NCBI GenBank assembly: GCA_039804325.1
Contig: JBDLWH010000274.1
Location: 1-41,973 of the forward strand
Direction of reading: 5' to 3'
Source: Verrucomicrobiota bacterium
GTDB taxonomy: Bacteria; Verrucomicrobiota; Verrucomicrobiia; Verrucomicrobiales; Akkermansiaceae
Length of the DNA: 41,973 nucleotides
The position numbers and the translations under genes were made by a program. Positions 9,916 to 21,041 of this stretch are shown one piece after another. Below the pieces are notes generated by a model. The model did no database searches. It was not told where the DNA came from and was given only the letters and a program-made list of their open reading frames with translations. Positions within the stretch are counted from its first letter, which is position 1. Each line of letters begins with the position of its first letter.

Positions 9916-10821
9916 TCACTCGACCCGCGCAAAGTGATCCCACCCGCCGGCCAGCGATGCGCCATCACCACCGTCAACGAGCCGCCCTATCAGCGTCATG
10001 GGCAACTCCGGAAACTGCCGAGCCCAACACTCTAATAACTCTGGCACCCGCTGCGCCTCTAGCGCTAACAACAACTCAAAATCCTCACCATCCCCCAAGC
10101 CCTGCGCAACGGTGCAGTCCGCCGTGAGCGGAAGCGCCGCCTCGTCAAGGAGAAATCCACAGCCAGAAGCCGCCGCGAGGCGCGGCAAATCCTTCGCCAA
10201 TCCATCCGATAGATCCATCATCGCCGTTGGCTTGAAATGCGCCACCAACCAATGAGCGGCTTCCATTCGCGGCGTAAAATTCAGGTGCTTGCCACCCAGC
10301 GAGCCGCCTAGAGTGCCCGTCACGAGCAACATTTGCCCGGGCCTAGCCGTCGAGCGCAGCACGAGATGCTCGCGCCGAACGCTACCCAGAGCCGCGATGG
10401 AAATGACCGGCGCGCTGCCCGGTGGCACGCTCACGGTTTCACCGCCTGCTAACACCCCACCAAAAGTGTGCAAACAATCGCTAATCCCTCGATAAAGATC
10501 CTCCACCCACCCCACCTCCGTCTCCTGCGCCAACGCCACCGTCACCAAATACCGCTCCGCCCGACCACCCATCGCCGCCATATCCGAAACCACCCGCGCC
10601 ACAGCCTTCCATCCCACCGCTCGCCCTGGCGCATCTCCCAAAAAATGAATCGAACCTACCAACGCGTCGGTTTTTAAAAGTTGGAGTGTCTCGTGCAGTG
10701 GCCCGGGATCGCACACGGCACAATCGTCCCCTGGCCCAGCGGCGGGCTGGGCATCGCGCGGCACCAAGCCGACGAGCCGGGCGATCAACGCGTCTTCACC
10801 GATATCGCGCAGGGTTGTCAT
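9916..10821 (-). CDS. thiL: Thiamine-monophosphate kinase
   Basis: IGEDALIARL, GPGDDCAV, KTDALV, VSDMAAMGG, VTGTLGGS, AMMDLSDGLAKDL, GEDFELL. Confidence 0.95.
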   Translation of the reverse strand: MTTLRDIGEDALIARLVGLVPRDAQPAAGPGDDCAVCDPGPLHETLQLLKTDALVGSIHFLGDAPGRAVGWKAVARVVSDMAAMGGRAERYLVTVALAQETEVGWVEDLYRGISDCLHTFGGVLAGGETVSVPPGSAPVISIAALGSVRREHLVLRSTARPGQMLLVTGTLGGSLGGKHLNFTPRMEAAHWLVAHFKPTAMMDLSDGLAKDLPRLAAASGCGFLLDEAALPLTADCTVAQGLGDGEDFELLLALEAQRVPELLECWARQFPELPMTLIGRLVDGGDGASLAGGWDHFARVE

Positions 10822-11693
10822 GGCACAGCATCTAACGAAATATTAAAATAACGGGCCGCCATTTGCGTAACCACCGTGGCACTGTTAAAACAAAAATGCG
10901 CCGCTACCGGTGCCCACAACGATCCTGTCATCTCGTAAAGAACCACCAAGACCCCACCAAAAATAAAGAGTGGCAACAACGCCGTCAAATCCCCGTGAGC
11001 CGACGCAAACACTAACGACGAACAAACCGCCGCCGCCCACCGCCCACTAAACTTTTTTAAAACCGGATACATATACCCCCGAAAAACCATTTCCTCGCAC
11101 AGCGGAGCAGCCACCACAGCCGCAAAAGCCATCAATCCCAAAATCAACGGGTCCTCAGATTTCTGCAACACTTTGACCGCATCCTGCACGGTCTCCACCC
11201 CTAGCGATTCCATCCATTCCATATAACCACACCCCATCAGTGCGCCAAAAACCGCCCACATGAACAATACCGCCCCGGGCGCGATCACTAAAACCCATGC
11301 CCATCCCGACCACCGAAGACCCAGCCAGGTGACCCACCCAACGCGCCGCACCACCCCAATGGCAAGCCCTCCGGCTAACACAAACTGCAAGGCGATGTTC
11401 ACTAACATCGTAACAAACCCTAACACCGGCGCCGCCGCCTCAGCGGGCCGCGCCGAACCTAACACCAAGACGCCAAACATCCCAAACACCAACCCCGCCC
11501 CCACCAAATCCAATGGCCGGTAAAACCAAACCGCCACCCGGCCAACCGGCAACTCCGGCGGCCCCCACCCCACCGCATCACCCAAAACCCTATTCGCGGC
11601 ACCTCGCCCACGCTTCACCAGCGCACCCACCAGAAAAAGTCCGAAAGCCGCAGCAAAACTGCCGGTGAGAACCATTTCGGTGAGGTCGAGCAT
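10818..11693 (-). CDS. CPBP (CAAX protease/Abi) family intramembrane metalloprotease
   Basis: APLCEEMVFRG, SSLVFASAH, AHFCFN; multiple TM helices. Stop overlaps the thiL start. Start at 11693 is inferred. Confidence 0.9.
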   Translation of the reverse strand: MLDLTEMVLTGSFAAAFGLFLVGALVKRGRGAANRVLGDAVGWGPPELPVGRVAVWFYRPLDLVGAGLVFGMFGVLVLGSARPAEAAAPVLGFVTMLVNIALQFVLAGGLAIGVVRRVGWVTWLGLRWSGWAWVLVIAPGAVLFMWAVFGALMGCGYMEWMESLGVETVQDAVKVLQKSEDPLILGLMAFAAVVAAPLCEEMVFRGYMYPVLKKFSGRWAAAVCSSLVFASAHGDLTALLPLFIFGGVLVVLYEMTGSLWAPVAAHFCFNSATVVTQMAARYFNISLDAVP

Positions 11694-11853
11694 GCTAGGT
11701 TTCGTTGGGGCGAAAACGTGCCGCGCCTTCCTCAAACGCGCCAACACAAAATGCAATATTTCCTTTTCGTCGTCGTATCATTCCCCTTGATGTCGCCAGA
11801 GCCTCGCTCTTACCCTCCCGCAGCTAGACTAACGGCCGACCCCTTTCCTCATC

Positions 11854-13521
11854 ATGAGCGATTCTCAACCACCTCATCTCACTTTCAGCGCCCCTGAACT
11901 CGCCGACCTCGCCCCCTTGTTCCCGGGTTACGAATTCCATAGCCTCATCGCCACCGGCGGCATGGGTGCTGTCTATTGCGCCGTCCAAAAATCTCTCGAT
12001 CGCACCGTCGCCATCAAAATCCTCCCTCAGGAGTTCAGCCGTGACGCCTCCTTTTGCGCGGGATTCGAGGCGGAAGCTAAGGCCATGGCCCGCCTCAACC
12101 ATCCCAATCTCATCGGCGTTTACGACTTCGGCGAGGTCAACGGCATGCTCTTTATCATCATGGAGTATGTGCCCGGCCAATCACTCTTCCATTCCGCCCA
12201 CGACTCCGCCATTGATCCCACGGAAGTCATCCGACTCGTCACGGGCATTTGCCTCGGCCTTGCCCATGCCCACTCCAACGGCATCATCCACCGCGATATC
12301 AAACCGTCTAACATACTACTAGACCTCTCCGCCCAACCCAAAATCGGTGATTTCGGACTCGCCCGCCCCATCGAGCACAAAGTGGGTCATAACGAGGAAA
12401 TCTTTGGCACGCCGCACTACACCGCGCCCGAAGTGGTCCACGCGCCGCAAGCCGTGGACTACCGCGCCGACCTCTTCTCGGTCGGGGTGATGCTCCATGA
12501 ATTGCTCACTGGTCGCCTTCCCGCGGATGACCCCCGCCCGGCTTCAGTCATCATTCATTGCGATTCACGTTTCGACGCCATCATTCGTCGCGCGACCGAC
12601 CCCTTTCCAGCCCGCCGCTACACCAGCGCCGAAGAAATCGCCGAAGACCTCCGCGCCATCGCCGCAACGACTCGCGGGCCCCAGCGAAAGCACTCCAGCT
12701 CGGATCGCAAACCGCCTCGCAAAGGGTCGGCGGCCACCAGAAGACGGCCGACCGTCGAGCAGGAGTCGTCAAGCTTGCCAGCTCTGCTCATGCTTCTGCT
12801 GGCCATCATCGCCGGTGCCTTCGCCTACAAACACTTCTACAAACCCACCCCGCCAATCATTCCCACCCCGCCCACCGCACCCGCACCAAAACCCGCGCCA
12901 AAACCGGCTCCAGAACCCACCCCGCCACCGGCCCCGAAACCAGCCCCCGAGGCAGTCGAAGAGCCGACGGCTCCGGAACCTGACAATCAGACAACCAACG
13001 GATTCACGCTCCCCGCCGAACCAAAATTCGACGTTGCAGGGTTTTTCGCCCGCGCCCGAAAAATCATGCAGGACCGCGCCGGTCCAACGCTCACGAAGTA
13101 TCGCGCTCAGATCAAAGGGAATTCCTGGGCCTTGGAAAAATCACTCTTCCTCTGCGCGAATAAACTCGGCTCCGGAAAAACCCGCTTCACCACCGAACTC
13201 ACCAAAGCCGTCGCCACCTGGCACAGCGACAACAACCGCGTCCCCGCATTCCTCGAATCTTCATTCACCGAAGTGCCAGGCGTGCCCGAATTGCTCGCCC
13301 ATGCAGTCGAAAAACAATCCGCCCTCGATAACGTGATCCAACAGGAACTCGTCCGGTTCGCCCCCATCTACATCCTCGGCCTCGAAAAACAAATCGAACG
13401 CCTCAAACCGACCAACGACCCTGCCGCGATAACCCTCATCGAGGAGGAAATCGCGAAAACCCGCGACGACGCAACGTATTTCCCAACCCTCATCCTCGGG
13501 GAAACGACCACCAAAGAATAA
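11854..13521 (+). CDS. Hanks-type Ser/Thr protein kinase with one TM helix, a Pro-rich linker and an unrecognised C-terminal domain
   Basis: GGMGAVY, VAIKIL, HRDIKPSNILL, KIGDFGLA, GTPHYTAPE; TM segment LLMLLLAIIAGAFAY; PAPKPAPKPAPEP linker. Confidence 0.93.
   Translation: MSDSQPPHLTFSAPELADLAPLFPGYEFHSLIATGGMGAVYCAVQKSLDRTVAIKILPQEFSRDASFCAGFEAEAKAMARLNHPNLIGVYDFGEVNGMLFIIMEYVPGQSLFHSAHDSAIDPTEVIRLVTGICLGLAHAHSNGIIHRDIKPSNILLDLSAQPKIGDFGLARPIEHKVGHNEEIFGTPHYTAPEVVHAPQAVDYRADLFSVGVMLHELLTGRLPADDPRPASVIIHCDSRFDAIIRRATDPFPARRYTSAEEIAEDLRAIAATTRGPQRKHSSSDRKPPRKGSAATRRRPTVEQESSSLPALLMLLLAIIAGAFAYKHFYKPTPPIIPTPPTAPAPKPAPKPAPEPTPPPAPKPAPEAVEEPTAPEPDNQTTNGFTLPAEPKFDVAGFFARARKIMQDRAGPTLTKYRAQIKGNSWALEKSLFLCANKLGSGKTRFTTELTKAVATWHSDNNRVPAFLESSFTEVPGVPELLAHAVEKQSALDNVIQQELVRFAPIYILGLEKQIERLKPTNDPAAITLIEEEIAKTRDDATYFPTLILGETTTKE
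12880..12951 (+). repeat. Degenerate 12-bp coding repeats encoding the PAPK/PAPE linker
   Basis: CCCGCACCAAAA CCCGCGCCAAAA CCGGCTCCAGAA ... CCGGCCCCGAAA CCAGCCCCCGAG. Confidence 0.65.
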
Positions 13522-13600
13522 TCTCGCATCTGTTAGCAGTTCTGGCAGCCCTTTGAACACTTCCTCTGGCGGTCTGCCCGTTTCTGCTTAAATTCTGCGC

Positions 13601-16600
13601 GTGCCATCCCACGCTCACCCCGCCATCCGCCTCTCCGGTTGCCGCCAGCACAACCTGCGCAACTTCGACCTCGATATCCCGCTCGGCAAACTCACCGTCG
13701 TCACCGGACCGTCCGGCTCAGGCAAATCTTCCCTCGCGTTCCACACGCTCTACGCCGAGGGCCAGCGGCGATACGTCGAAACCTTCTCGCCCTACGTCCG
13801 TCAGTTTTTCGACCGCATGGACAAACCGGACGTGGAGTCCATCGATGGCATCCCACCCGCCATCGCCATCGAACAAAAAAACCACGTCCGATCGACCCGA
13901 TCGACGGTTGGGACGCTCACGGAAATCAACGATTACCTCAAGCTGCTCTTCGCCCGGCTGGCCACCGCCTACGACCCGCAGACCGGCGAAACGATTCAAC
14001 CCGACTCGCCGCAATCCGCCGCGACATGGGCCATGACCCACCACGCCAATCGCGCGGTTCTCATCACCTTTCCCATCCCCGTCCCTGATGGCACCCAGCC
14101 CGACGAGCTCTTTTCCTTCCTCAATCTTCAGGGCTACCTCCTCATCCTCGTCAACGGAACCGTCGTCCGAACCGATGAGCCCGTCCCGAACCCTGCCCAC
14201 CAGATCCTATCACCCGTCCACGTCATCCAAGACCGCCTCACCCTCACCCCGCAAAACCACTCCCGCCTCCTCGAAGCCCTCGAAGCCGCGTTCCTCCTCG
14301 GCAAAGGCCACGCCTCCATCCAGCAATCGCAACCCACCCCGGCCTGCTTGCTCCGCGCGTTTAGCACCACCTGGACCAACCCCGCCACCGGCTTCACCCT
14401 GCGCGCCCCCACCCCCCCGCTCTTCTCGTTCAACAGCCCGCTCGGGGCCTGCCCCACATGCCGAGGCTTCGGACGATCCATCGGCCTCGATCTCGAAAAA
14501 ACCGTCCCCGACCCGTCGCTCTCTATCGCCCAAGGTGCCATCAAACCGTTCCAAGGCGAGCGCGGCGACGAATGCCTGCGTGACCTCATCCGCTGCGCCA
14601 AATCCCGCAAACTCATTCTCAAAACGCCATGGATAGACCTCTCCGATGAGGAAAAACAATGGATCTACTACGGAGATCATCAAACCGACGATTTCTCACC
14701 CGATTCCCTCGAGGCTCTCTGGCGCTCCGGCCAATGGTATGGCGTGCGCGGATTCTTCGCCTGGCTCGAAACCAAGGCTTACAAGATGCACGTCCGCGTC
14801 TTCCTGAGCCGATACCGGTCCTACACCACCTGCTCAGCCTGCCGCGGCAACCGCCTACAGCCCGAAGCGCTCTGCTTCAAAATCCTAGCCAAAACCCTCC
14901 CCGACCTCTGGGCTCTCCCCATCTCCGAGCTCCTCGCATGGTTCGCCCAAATCCCGTCTCAAATCTCCCGCCCCGAATCCGACCCCACCCTCGACCTCGT
15001 CCTCACCGAAATCACTTCGCGACTGTCGTATCTCGATGAAGTTGGCCTCGGCTACCTGACCCTCGATCGCCCGACACGCACGCTCTCCGGGGGAGAAGTC
15101 GAGCGCGTGAATCTCACCACCTGCCTGGGTGCCGCCCTCACCGGAACCCTCTTTGTCCTCGACGAACCCACCGTCGGCCTCCACCCCCGTGACATCCAGC
15201 GCCTCGTCACCGTCCTCCACGGCCTCCGCGATAAAGGAAACACCCTCGTCGTCGTCGAACACGACCCCGCCGTCATGCTCGCCGCCGACCACCTCGTGGA
15301 CCTCGGCCCAGGCGCCGGCCAATTCGGCGGACAACTCATCTATCAGGGAACCCCCACAAACGCCAAACCCACCCAGCACCCACCTCACATCTCCCATTCG
15401 GAAATCTCACTCCCCTCCGGCACCCGACCCTGGCTCACCGGCGAATTAGCCATCGCCGTGCCCACCCACCGCCGACCCCCACAAAAAAATCGCTTGCTCG
15501 CCATCCGCGGTGCCACACGCCACAACCTCAAAAATTTCGATGCCGACGTGCCGCTTGGCCTGTTTCTCTGCCTCACAGGCGTCTCTGGCTCCGGCAAGTC
15601 CACCTTCGCCCATGACGTCCTCTATCTGAACCTCGCCCGCAAACTCGGCCAACCCATCACCGATGATCCCGCCCCCATCCGCGAAATCCGCGGCTCCCAC
15701 CACCTCGGCGCCGTCGCCCTGCTCGACCAATCCCCCGTCGCCCGAACCCCGCGCTCCACCCCAGCAATTTTCCTCGGTGCCTTCGAGCCCATCCGCCAAC
15801 TCTTCTCTCAATCCCCGTCGGCCAAATCCGCCGCTCTCAAACCAGGATTCTTCTCGTTCAACTCCGGCGACGGTCGCTGCGACCGATGCTCAGGCAACGG
15901 CTTCGAAAAAGTGGAAATGCAGTTTCTCTCCGACCTCTACGTGACCTGCCCGGACTGCAACGGTCGCCGCTTCAAAGCATCCACCCTTGAATACTCCCTC
16001 GACGGCCTTTCCATCGCCGACGTACTCGACCTCACCGTGGCCGAATCCATCACCTTTTTCTCCACTCACCTCGATCATCCCGCGGCACACCTCAAACTCC
16101 AACGCCAAATCATCAGCCTGCTCACCCCGCTCGTCACCGTCGGCCTCGACTACCTCAAACTCGGCCAACCCCTCAACACCCTCTCCGGCGGCGAATCCCA
16201 ACGCCTCAAACTCTGCCAACTCCTCGCAGCCTCCCACGCCCCACCCCCAACAACCCACTCATCCCCACCTCCACAACTCCTCATCCTCGACGAACCCACC
16301 ACCGGACTCCACTTCTCGGATATCGCTAGATTACTAGGCGTCTTCCAACAACTCGTCGATGCCGGCCACTCACTGCTCGTCATCGAACACAATCTCGACG
16401 TCATCAAATCCGCCGATTGGATTCTCGACCTCGGCCCCGATGCCGGTACCCACGGCGGCCAACTCGTCGCCTCCGGCACCCCCGAATCCATCGCTGCCCT
16501 CGACTCGCCCACCGGCCGCTTCCTGCGCACCGCGCTCGATCGCCACGACTCGTCCGCCCCCGTTTCAGCCGTCACGCCACCAGCACCCCGCCGCCGAACC

Positions 16601-19279
16601 CCATCCCAAAAACCCCTCATCTCGCTCCGCGGCGCACGCCACCACAACCTCAAAAATATCTCCCTCGACATCCCGCGCAACCAACTCGTCGTCATCTCCG
16701 GCCTGTCGGGCTCCGGCAAGTCAACCCTCGCCTTCGATATCCTCTTCGCCGAAGGCCAGCGCCGATTCCTCGACTCGATGTCCGCCTACGCACGCCAATT
16801 CGCCGAACAACTCGAAAAACCCGACATCGACCAGCTCGTCGGCCTGCCACCCACCGTGGCCATCGAACAACGCGTCTCCCAAGGCGGCGGAAAATCCACC
16901 GTGGCCACCGTCACCGAAATCTGGAACTTCATCCGATTGCTCTACGCGAAACTCGGCACGCCCTACTGCCCGCACTGCCAGATCCCGGTGGCCAAGCAAT
17001 CCATCGCCGCCATCGAAAACACCATCGCCTCCCACCTCAAAATGGGCCCCATCTCGCTCTTAGCCCCCCTGGTGCGCGCCAAAAAAGGCTATCACACCGA
17101 GATCGCCGAGTGGGCTCTCAAACAAGGATTCTCACGCCTGCTCGTTGACCATCATTTCCTCGACGCCAAAGACTTCACCCGCCTCGAACGCTTCAAGGAA
17201 CACGACATCGATGTCGTCGTGGCCGATTCCTTACACCAAACCACCCTGCTCGACCTCCTATCACCCATCCAACGCGCCCTCTCTATCGGAAAAGGACTCA
17301 TCAAACTTTTCACCGCCGACCAATCCATCATCCTGCTATCCACCAAGGACAACTGCCCTAACTGCCATCAGTCATTCGAGGAGCTCGACCCCCGACTCTT
17401 CTCATTCAACTCACCCCACGGTTGGTGCCCCCAATGCCGTGGCCACGGCCGCGTCCCGAAACACCACCGCGCCCTGGACCCGTCACGCTTTGATTCCCTG
17501 CTCGAAGCCGAACTCGATGCCGAACGCAGCATCGAACGCATGGAGGATGCCGATCTCATCGAGTGCCCCGCCTGCCATGCCACGCGCCTCAACCCGATCG
17601 CCTCAGCCGTGCGCCTCCATGCGGGCGCTCCACCATCGTCCCGCTCGCATCCCTCGCTCTCAATCTCAGATCTCGCGGCGCTCTCAATCGCCTCGGCCAC
17701 CCAACACTTCTCCAATCTCACGTTCCCCGACCCACGCCAGGCCCTCATCTCACGCGATATCCTCCCCCAAATCCTCCAACGCCTGATGTTCCTCGAACAG
17801 GTCGGCCTCGGATACCTCCAACTCAATCGCTCAGGCAACACGCTTTCCGGCGGCGAATCCCAACGCATCCGCCTCGCTGCCCAACTCGGGTCTAACCTGC
17901 GCGGCGTCCTCTACGTCCTCGACGAACCCACCATCGGCCTCCACCCGCGCGACAATATCGCCCTTCTCAAAACCCTCATCCAACTGCGCGATCACGGCAA
18001 CTCTCTCATCATCGTCGAACACGACGAAGACACCATCGCCGCTGCCGATCACTTGATCGACCTCGGCCCCGGCGCTGGCCGCTCCGGCGGTGAAGTCGTC
18101 TTTCAGGGGAAACCACCACACCACACCGCTTCCCAAGCCCAAATCTCAAAACTCAAATCTCACCTCCATTCCCCAACATTGCGCGCGCTTTGCCACCCAC
18201 TGGTCCATCCCACCCGTGGCTCCCGACGCCCAGTCCCCGCATCCCACCCGTGTCTCACCCTCACCGGATGCTCGGCTCACAACCTCCAACACATCACCGC
18301 CTCCATCCCACTCGCCCGCCTCACCGTGCTCACCGGCATCTCGGGCTCCGGTAAGTCCACCCTCATGCACCAATGCCTAGCGGCGGCGGCTCATGCCACC
18401 CCCGAATCAAAATCGAGCCAAACCTATCAATCCGCCTCCGGTTTCGCATCCATCAAAGCCTGTTATGAGGTTGACCAATCACCCATCGGGAAAACCTCAC
18501 GCTCCTGTCCGGCCACCTATGTGAAAGTCTTTGATCACATCCGCGCGCTCTATGCCCAGCTCCCCGACGCACGCATCCGCGGCTTCGACGCCTCGCGTTT
18601 CTCCTTCAACACCGATGGCGGACGATGCCCTGAGTGCAAGGGCAACGGCCGCGTCAAACTCGAAATGAACTTCCTCCCCACCACCTGGGTCCATTGCGAA
18701 TCTTGCAATGGCCAGCGCTATAACCCCGCCACTCTCGAGGTCACCTTGCGCAACCACCACATCGGCGCCGTCCTCGCCATGACCATCGACGAAGCCGCCA
18801 CCTTTTTCGCCGCCCATCCCCGCATCGCCAAACCCCTCCAACTCATGGCCGATACCGGCCTAGGATACCTCCAACTCGGGCAGCCATCTCCCACCGTCTC
18901 GGGCGGCGAAGCCCAGCGCATCAAACTCGTCGCGCAACTCATCAAGGGCCACCCGATCAAGTCTCGCATCACTAACCTCTCATCCCAAACCTCTAACCTC
19001 TACCTCATCGAGGAACCCACCGTGGGCCTCCACCTCGAGGATATCAAACGTCTCATCGATATCCTCCACCGCCTCGTCGATGAGGGTCACTCCGTCGTGG
19101 TCATCGAACACCACATGGCCGTCGCCGCCGAAGCCGATTGGATCATCGACCTCGGCCCCGAAGCCGGCGACCACGGCGGCAATATCGTCGCCAAAGGCCC
19201 ACCCGAAAAAATCATCTCCTCCAAAAGTTCCCGCACGGCTCCGTTTCTACGCACTCAGTTGTTAGCCCATACTCGTTAA
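13601..19279 (+). CDS. uvrA: Excinuclease ABC subunit A, double-length (tandem-fused) form, 1892 aa
   Basis: Four Walker A motifs ([32 protein letters not shown]), four L/VSGGE signatures, two AEGQRR starts, multiple CxxC zinc motifs, FSFN motifs. Confidence 0.96.
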   Translation: MPSHAHPAIRLSGCRQHNLRNFDLDIPLGKLTVVTGPSGSGKSSLAFHTLYAEGQRRYVETFSPYVRQFFDRMDKPDVESIDGIPPAIAIEQKNHVRSTRSTVGTLTEINDYLKLLFARLATAYDPQTGETIQPDSPQSAATWAMTHHANRAVLITFPIPVPDGTQPDELFSFLNLQGYLLILVNGTVVRTDEPVPNPAHQILSPVHVIQDRLTLTPQNHSRLLEALEAAFLLGKGHASIQQSQPTPACLLRAFSTTWTNPATGFTLRAPTPPLFSFNSPLGACPTCRGFGRSIGLDLEKTVPDPSLSIAQGAIKPFQGERGDECLRDLIRCAKSRKLILKTPWIDLSDEEKQWIYYGDHQTDDFSPDSLEALWRSGQWYGVRGFFAWLETKAYKMHVRVFLSRYRSYTTCSACRGNRLQPEALCFKILAKTLPDLWALPISELLAWFAQIPSQISRPESDPTLDLVLTEITSRLSYLDEVGLGYLTLDRPTRTLSGGEVERVNLTTCLGAALTGTLFVLDEPTVGLHPRDIQRLVTVLHGLRDKGNTLVVVEHDPAVMLAADHLVDLGPGAGQFGGQLIYQGTPTNAKPTQHPPHISHSEISLPSGTRPWLTGELAIAVPTHRRPPQKNRLLAIRGATRHNLKNFDADVPLGLFLCLTGVSGSGKSTFAHDVLYLNLARKLGQPITDDPAPIREIRGSHHLGAVALLDQSPVARTPRSTPAIFLGAFEPIRQLFSQSPSAKSAALKPGFFSFNSGDGRCDRCSGNGFEKVEMQFLSDLYVTCPDCNGRRFKASTLEYSLDGLSIADVLDLTVAESITFFSTHLDHPAAHLKLQRQIISLLTPLVTVGLDYLKLGQPLNTLSGGESQRLKLCQLLAASHAPPPTTHSSPPPQLLILDEPTTGLHFSDIARLLGVFQQLVDAGHSLLVIEHNLDVIKSADWILDLGPDAGTHGGQLVASGTPESIAALDSPTGRFLRTALDRHDSSAPVSAVTPPAPRRRTPSQKPLISLRGARHHNLKNISLDIPRNQLVVISGLSGSGKSTLAFDILFAEGQRRFLDSMSAYARQFAEQLEKPDIDQLVGLPPTVAIEQRVSQGGGKSTVATVTEIWNFIRLLYAKLGTPYCPHCQIPVAKQSIAAIENTIASHLKMGPISLLAPLVRAKKGYHTEIAEWALKQGFSRLLVDHHFLDAKDFTRLERFKEHDIDVVVADSLHQTTLLDLLSPIQRALSIGKGLIKLFTADQSIILLSTKDNCPNCHQSFEELDPRLFSFNSPHGWCPQCRGHGRVPKHHRALDPSRFDSLLEAELDAERSIERMEDADLIECPACHATRLNPIASAVRLHAGAPPSSRSHPSLSISDLAALSIASATQHFSNLTFPDPRQALISRDILPQILQRLMFLEQVGLGYLQLNRSGNTLSGGESQRIRLAAQLGSNLRGVLYVLDEPTIGLHPRDNIALLKTLIQLRDHGNSLIIVEHDEDTIAAADHLIDLGPGAGRSGGEVVFQGKPPHHTASQAQISKLKSHLHSPTLRALCHPLVHPTRGSRRPVPASHPCLTLTGCSAHNLQHITASIPLARLTVLTGISGSGKSTLMHQCLAAAAHATPESKSSQTYQSASGFASIKACYEVDQSPIGKTSRSCPATYVKVFDHIRALYAQLPDARIRGFDASRFSFNTDGGRCPECKGNGRVKLEMNFLPTTWVHCESCNGQRYNPATLEVTLRNHHIGAVLAMTIDEAATFFAAHPRIAKPLQLMADTGLGYLQLGQPSPTVSGGEAQRIKLVAQLIKGHPIKSRITNLSSQTSNLYLIEEPTVGLHLEDIKRLIDILHRLVDEGHSVVVIEHHMAVAAEADWIIDLGPEAGDHGGNIVAKGPPEKIISSKSSRTAPFLRTQLLAHTR

Positions 19280-19537
19280 TCCAACGCATCCACTCTCTCT
19301 CTCAGTTACTCCACCTCTGATAAAAACACCACCCCTTGGCCCACTGGTTCCTACAATTCCAACTCGTGCTCCATCACACGGATGAAATAGAGGGTCAGAC
19401 AAGTAGTAGAGAAACATCGGTGACGGGTCGCGATTGTGCGGTATGGCGGCGCACGCGGGATGATTTTCCATGCCCCGCGCGACATCCCGTCTGGACAAAA
19501 CAAGGACGCCTCCTAGCGTCTCTCCTAACCACACCCT

Positions 19538-20557
19538 ATGGAAGCGCATCCCGAACTTTCCCAGCAGCTACCGCCCGACGATGTCGCCGCCATCGACGAA
19601 CTCGGAAAAATCTACCAAGCGTTCCGTGCTGAGCTCGGAAAAATCATCATTGGCCAGGACCAAGTCATTGAGCGTTTGGCGATTTGCCTGTTTGCCCGTG
19701 GCCACGCGCTCCTCATGGGCGTGCCAGGGTTGGCCAAAACCTTGCTGGTGTCGTCGGTCGCCCAAACCTTCGATCTTTCGTTCAACCGCATCCAGTTCAC
19801 CCCTGACCTGATGCCCGCCGACATCACCGGCACCGACATCATCCAGGAATCGGGCGTGGGTGGGCGGCGGCATTTTGAATTTATGAAAGGGCCGGTGTTT
19901 GCTCACATCGTTTTGGCCGATGAAATCAACCGCGCCCCAGCCAAAACCCAGTCGGCCATGCTCGAAGCCATGCAGGAAAACAAGGTCACCGTGCTTGGCA
20001 CAACCTACACGCTGCCCACGCCATTTTTCGTGCTCGCCACCCAGAACCCTATCGAACAAGAGGGAACCTACCCGCTTCCCGAAGCCCAGCTCGACCGCTT
20101 CATGTTCCTCATCGACGTCGATTACCCGTCCCATGAGGAGGAAAAACGCATCGCCCGCGAAACCACCGGCTCTGCCCGCCCATCACTCAGACACCTGCTC
20201 GACGGCCAAAAAGTGCTCGCGTTCCAACAATTAGCCCGCCGCGTCCCGGTACCCGAGCACCTCTATGAATACGCCGTGAAACTTGTCCGCATGACCCGCC
20301 CCGGCCAACCCGAGTCGCCCCAATGGATCAAGGACACCGTCGGCTGGGGTGCCGGCCCGCGCGCCGTGCAATACCTCATCCTCGGTGCCAAAACTCGCGC
20401 GGCCCTGCACGGCTCCTATATGGCATCACTCGAAGACCTCGAAGCCGTCGCACCGTCCGTGCTCACCCACCGCATCATCACCAACTTCACCGCCGAGTCC
20501 CAAGGCATGACCTCCAAAAAAATCGTCGATCGCTTGATCAAGGAAATGCGCGACTAA
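19538..20557 (+). CDS. moxR: MoxR family AAA+ ATPase
   Basis: GVPGLAKT, RIQFTPDLMPADITG, LADEINRAPAKTQSAMLEAMQE, ATQNPIEQEGTYPLPEAQLDRF. Confidence 0.96.
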   Translation: MEAHPELSQQLPPDDVAAIDELGKIYQAFRAELGKIIIGQDQVIERLAICLFARGHALLMGVPGLAKTLLVSSVAQTFDLSFNRIQFTPDLMPADITGTDIIQESGVGGRRHFEFMKGPVFAHIVLADEINRAPAKTQSAMLEAMQENKVTVLGTTYTLPTPFFVLATQNPIEQEGTYPLPEAQLDRFMFLIDVDYPSHEEEKRIARETTGSARPSLRHLLDGQKVLAFQQLARRVPVPEHLYEYAVKLVRMTRPGQPESPQWIKDTVGWGAGPRAVQYLILGAKTRAALHGSYMASLEDLEAVAPSVLTHRIITNFTAESQGMTSKKIVDRLIKEMRD

Positions 20558-20617
20558 GAGACCAGAGACCAGAGACCAGAGACCAGATATTAGAGACCAG
20601 AGACCAGAGACCAGAGA
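20557..20617 (+). repeat. Tandem heptamer array (AGAGACC)x8, left arm of cassette 1
   Basis: 4x AGAGACC, AGATATT, 3x AGAGACC, then AGAGA. Begins in the moxR stop codon and ends 5 nt before the ATG at 20623. Confidence 0.97.
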
Positions 20618-20622
20618 AGAAG

Positions 20623-20988
20623 ATGAAATCACATAACTTTGAAAATCTGGATGTCTGGAAGCGCGGGTGTAGGCTGGCGGTTGACGTCTGTGTGGCCACC
20701 CATGGCTCGAAGGAGTTTGAGTTGAAGAACCAAATCACACGTTCGGCCATTTCGATTCCCTCGAACATTGCGGAAGGTTCGGAGCGCTCGTCAGATCCCG
20801 ACTTCTGCCGGTTCTTGGGCTACAGCAAAGGATCATGCGGCGAGCTACGAACCCAACTCATGATTCATCGCGAAGTTTGCCGCGAACTCGGCATCGATCC
20901 CTTCAAAGGAACATCTGAAATGATCGAGGAGACGCGAGAAATTTCGAAGATGCTAAGATCTCTCATCGACAAACTCACCACCACCTAA
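20623..20988 (+). CDS. Four-helix-bundle protein (23S rRNA intervening-sequence protein / bAvd-like superfamily), 121 aa
   Basis: NFENLDVWK, LKNQITRSAISIPSNIAEGSER, DFCRFLGYSKGSCGELRTQL, EISKMLRSLI. Confidence 0.92.
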   Translation: MKSHNFENLDVWKRGCRLAVDVCVATHGSKEFELKNQITRSAISIPSNIAEGSERSSDPDFCRFLGYSKGSCGELRTQLMIHREVCRELGIDPFKGTSEMIEETREISKMLRSLIDKLTTT

Positions 20989-21006
20989 CCCGCCGACTGC
21001 GTTTAT

Positions 21007-21037
21007 TCTTGTTTCTGGATTCTGGTCTCTGGTTTCT
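21007..21037 (-). repeat. Degenerate inverted heptamer array, right arm of cassette 1
   Basis: TCTTGTT TCTGGAT TCTGGTC TCTGGTT TCT; TCTGGTC is the reverse complement of GACCAGA, a rotation of the upstream unit. Confidence 0.85.
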
Positions 21038-21041
21038 CATC

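Noticed and set aside
13639-19320. Many 60-240 aa alternative-frame and antisense ORFs over uvrA and other genes
   Set aside because: Low-complexity Pro/Ser/Arg or Gly/Val/Glu shadows expected from high GC and skew; no motifs.
20557-20617. CRISPR array
   Set aside because: Contiguous 7-mers without unique spacers; no cas genes in the window.
20323-20622. 100-aa N-terminal extension of the four-helix-bundle ORF (RDQRPET repeats)
   Set aside because: It overlaps moxR out of frame and merely reads through the stop-free heptamer array; family similarity starts at ATG 20623.
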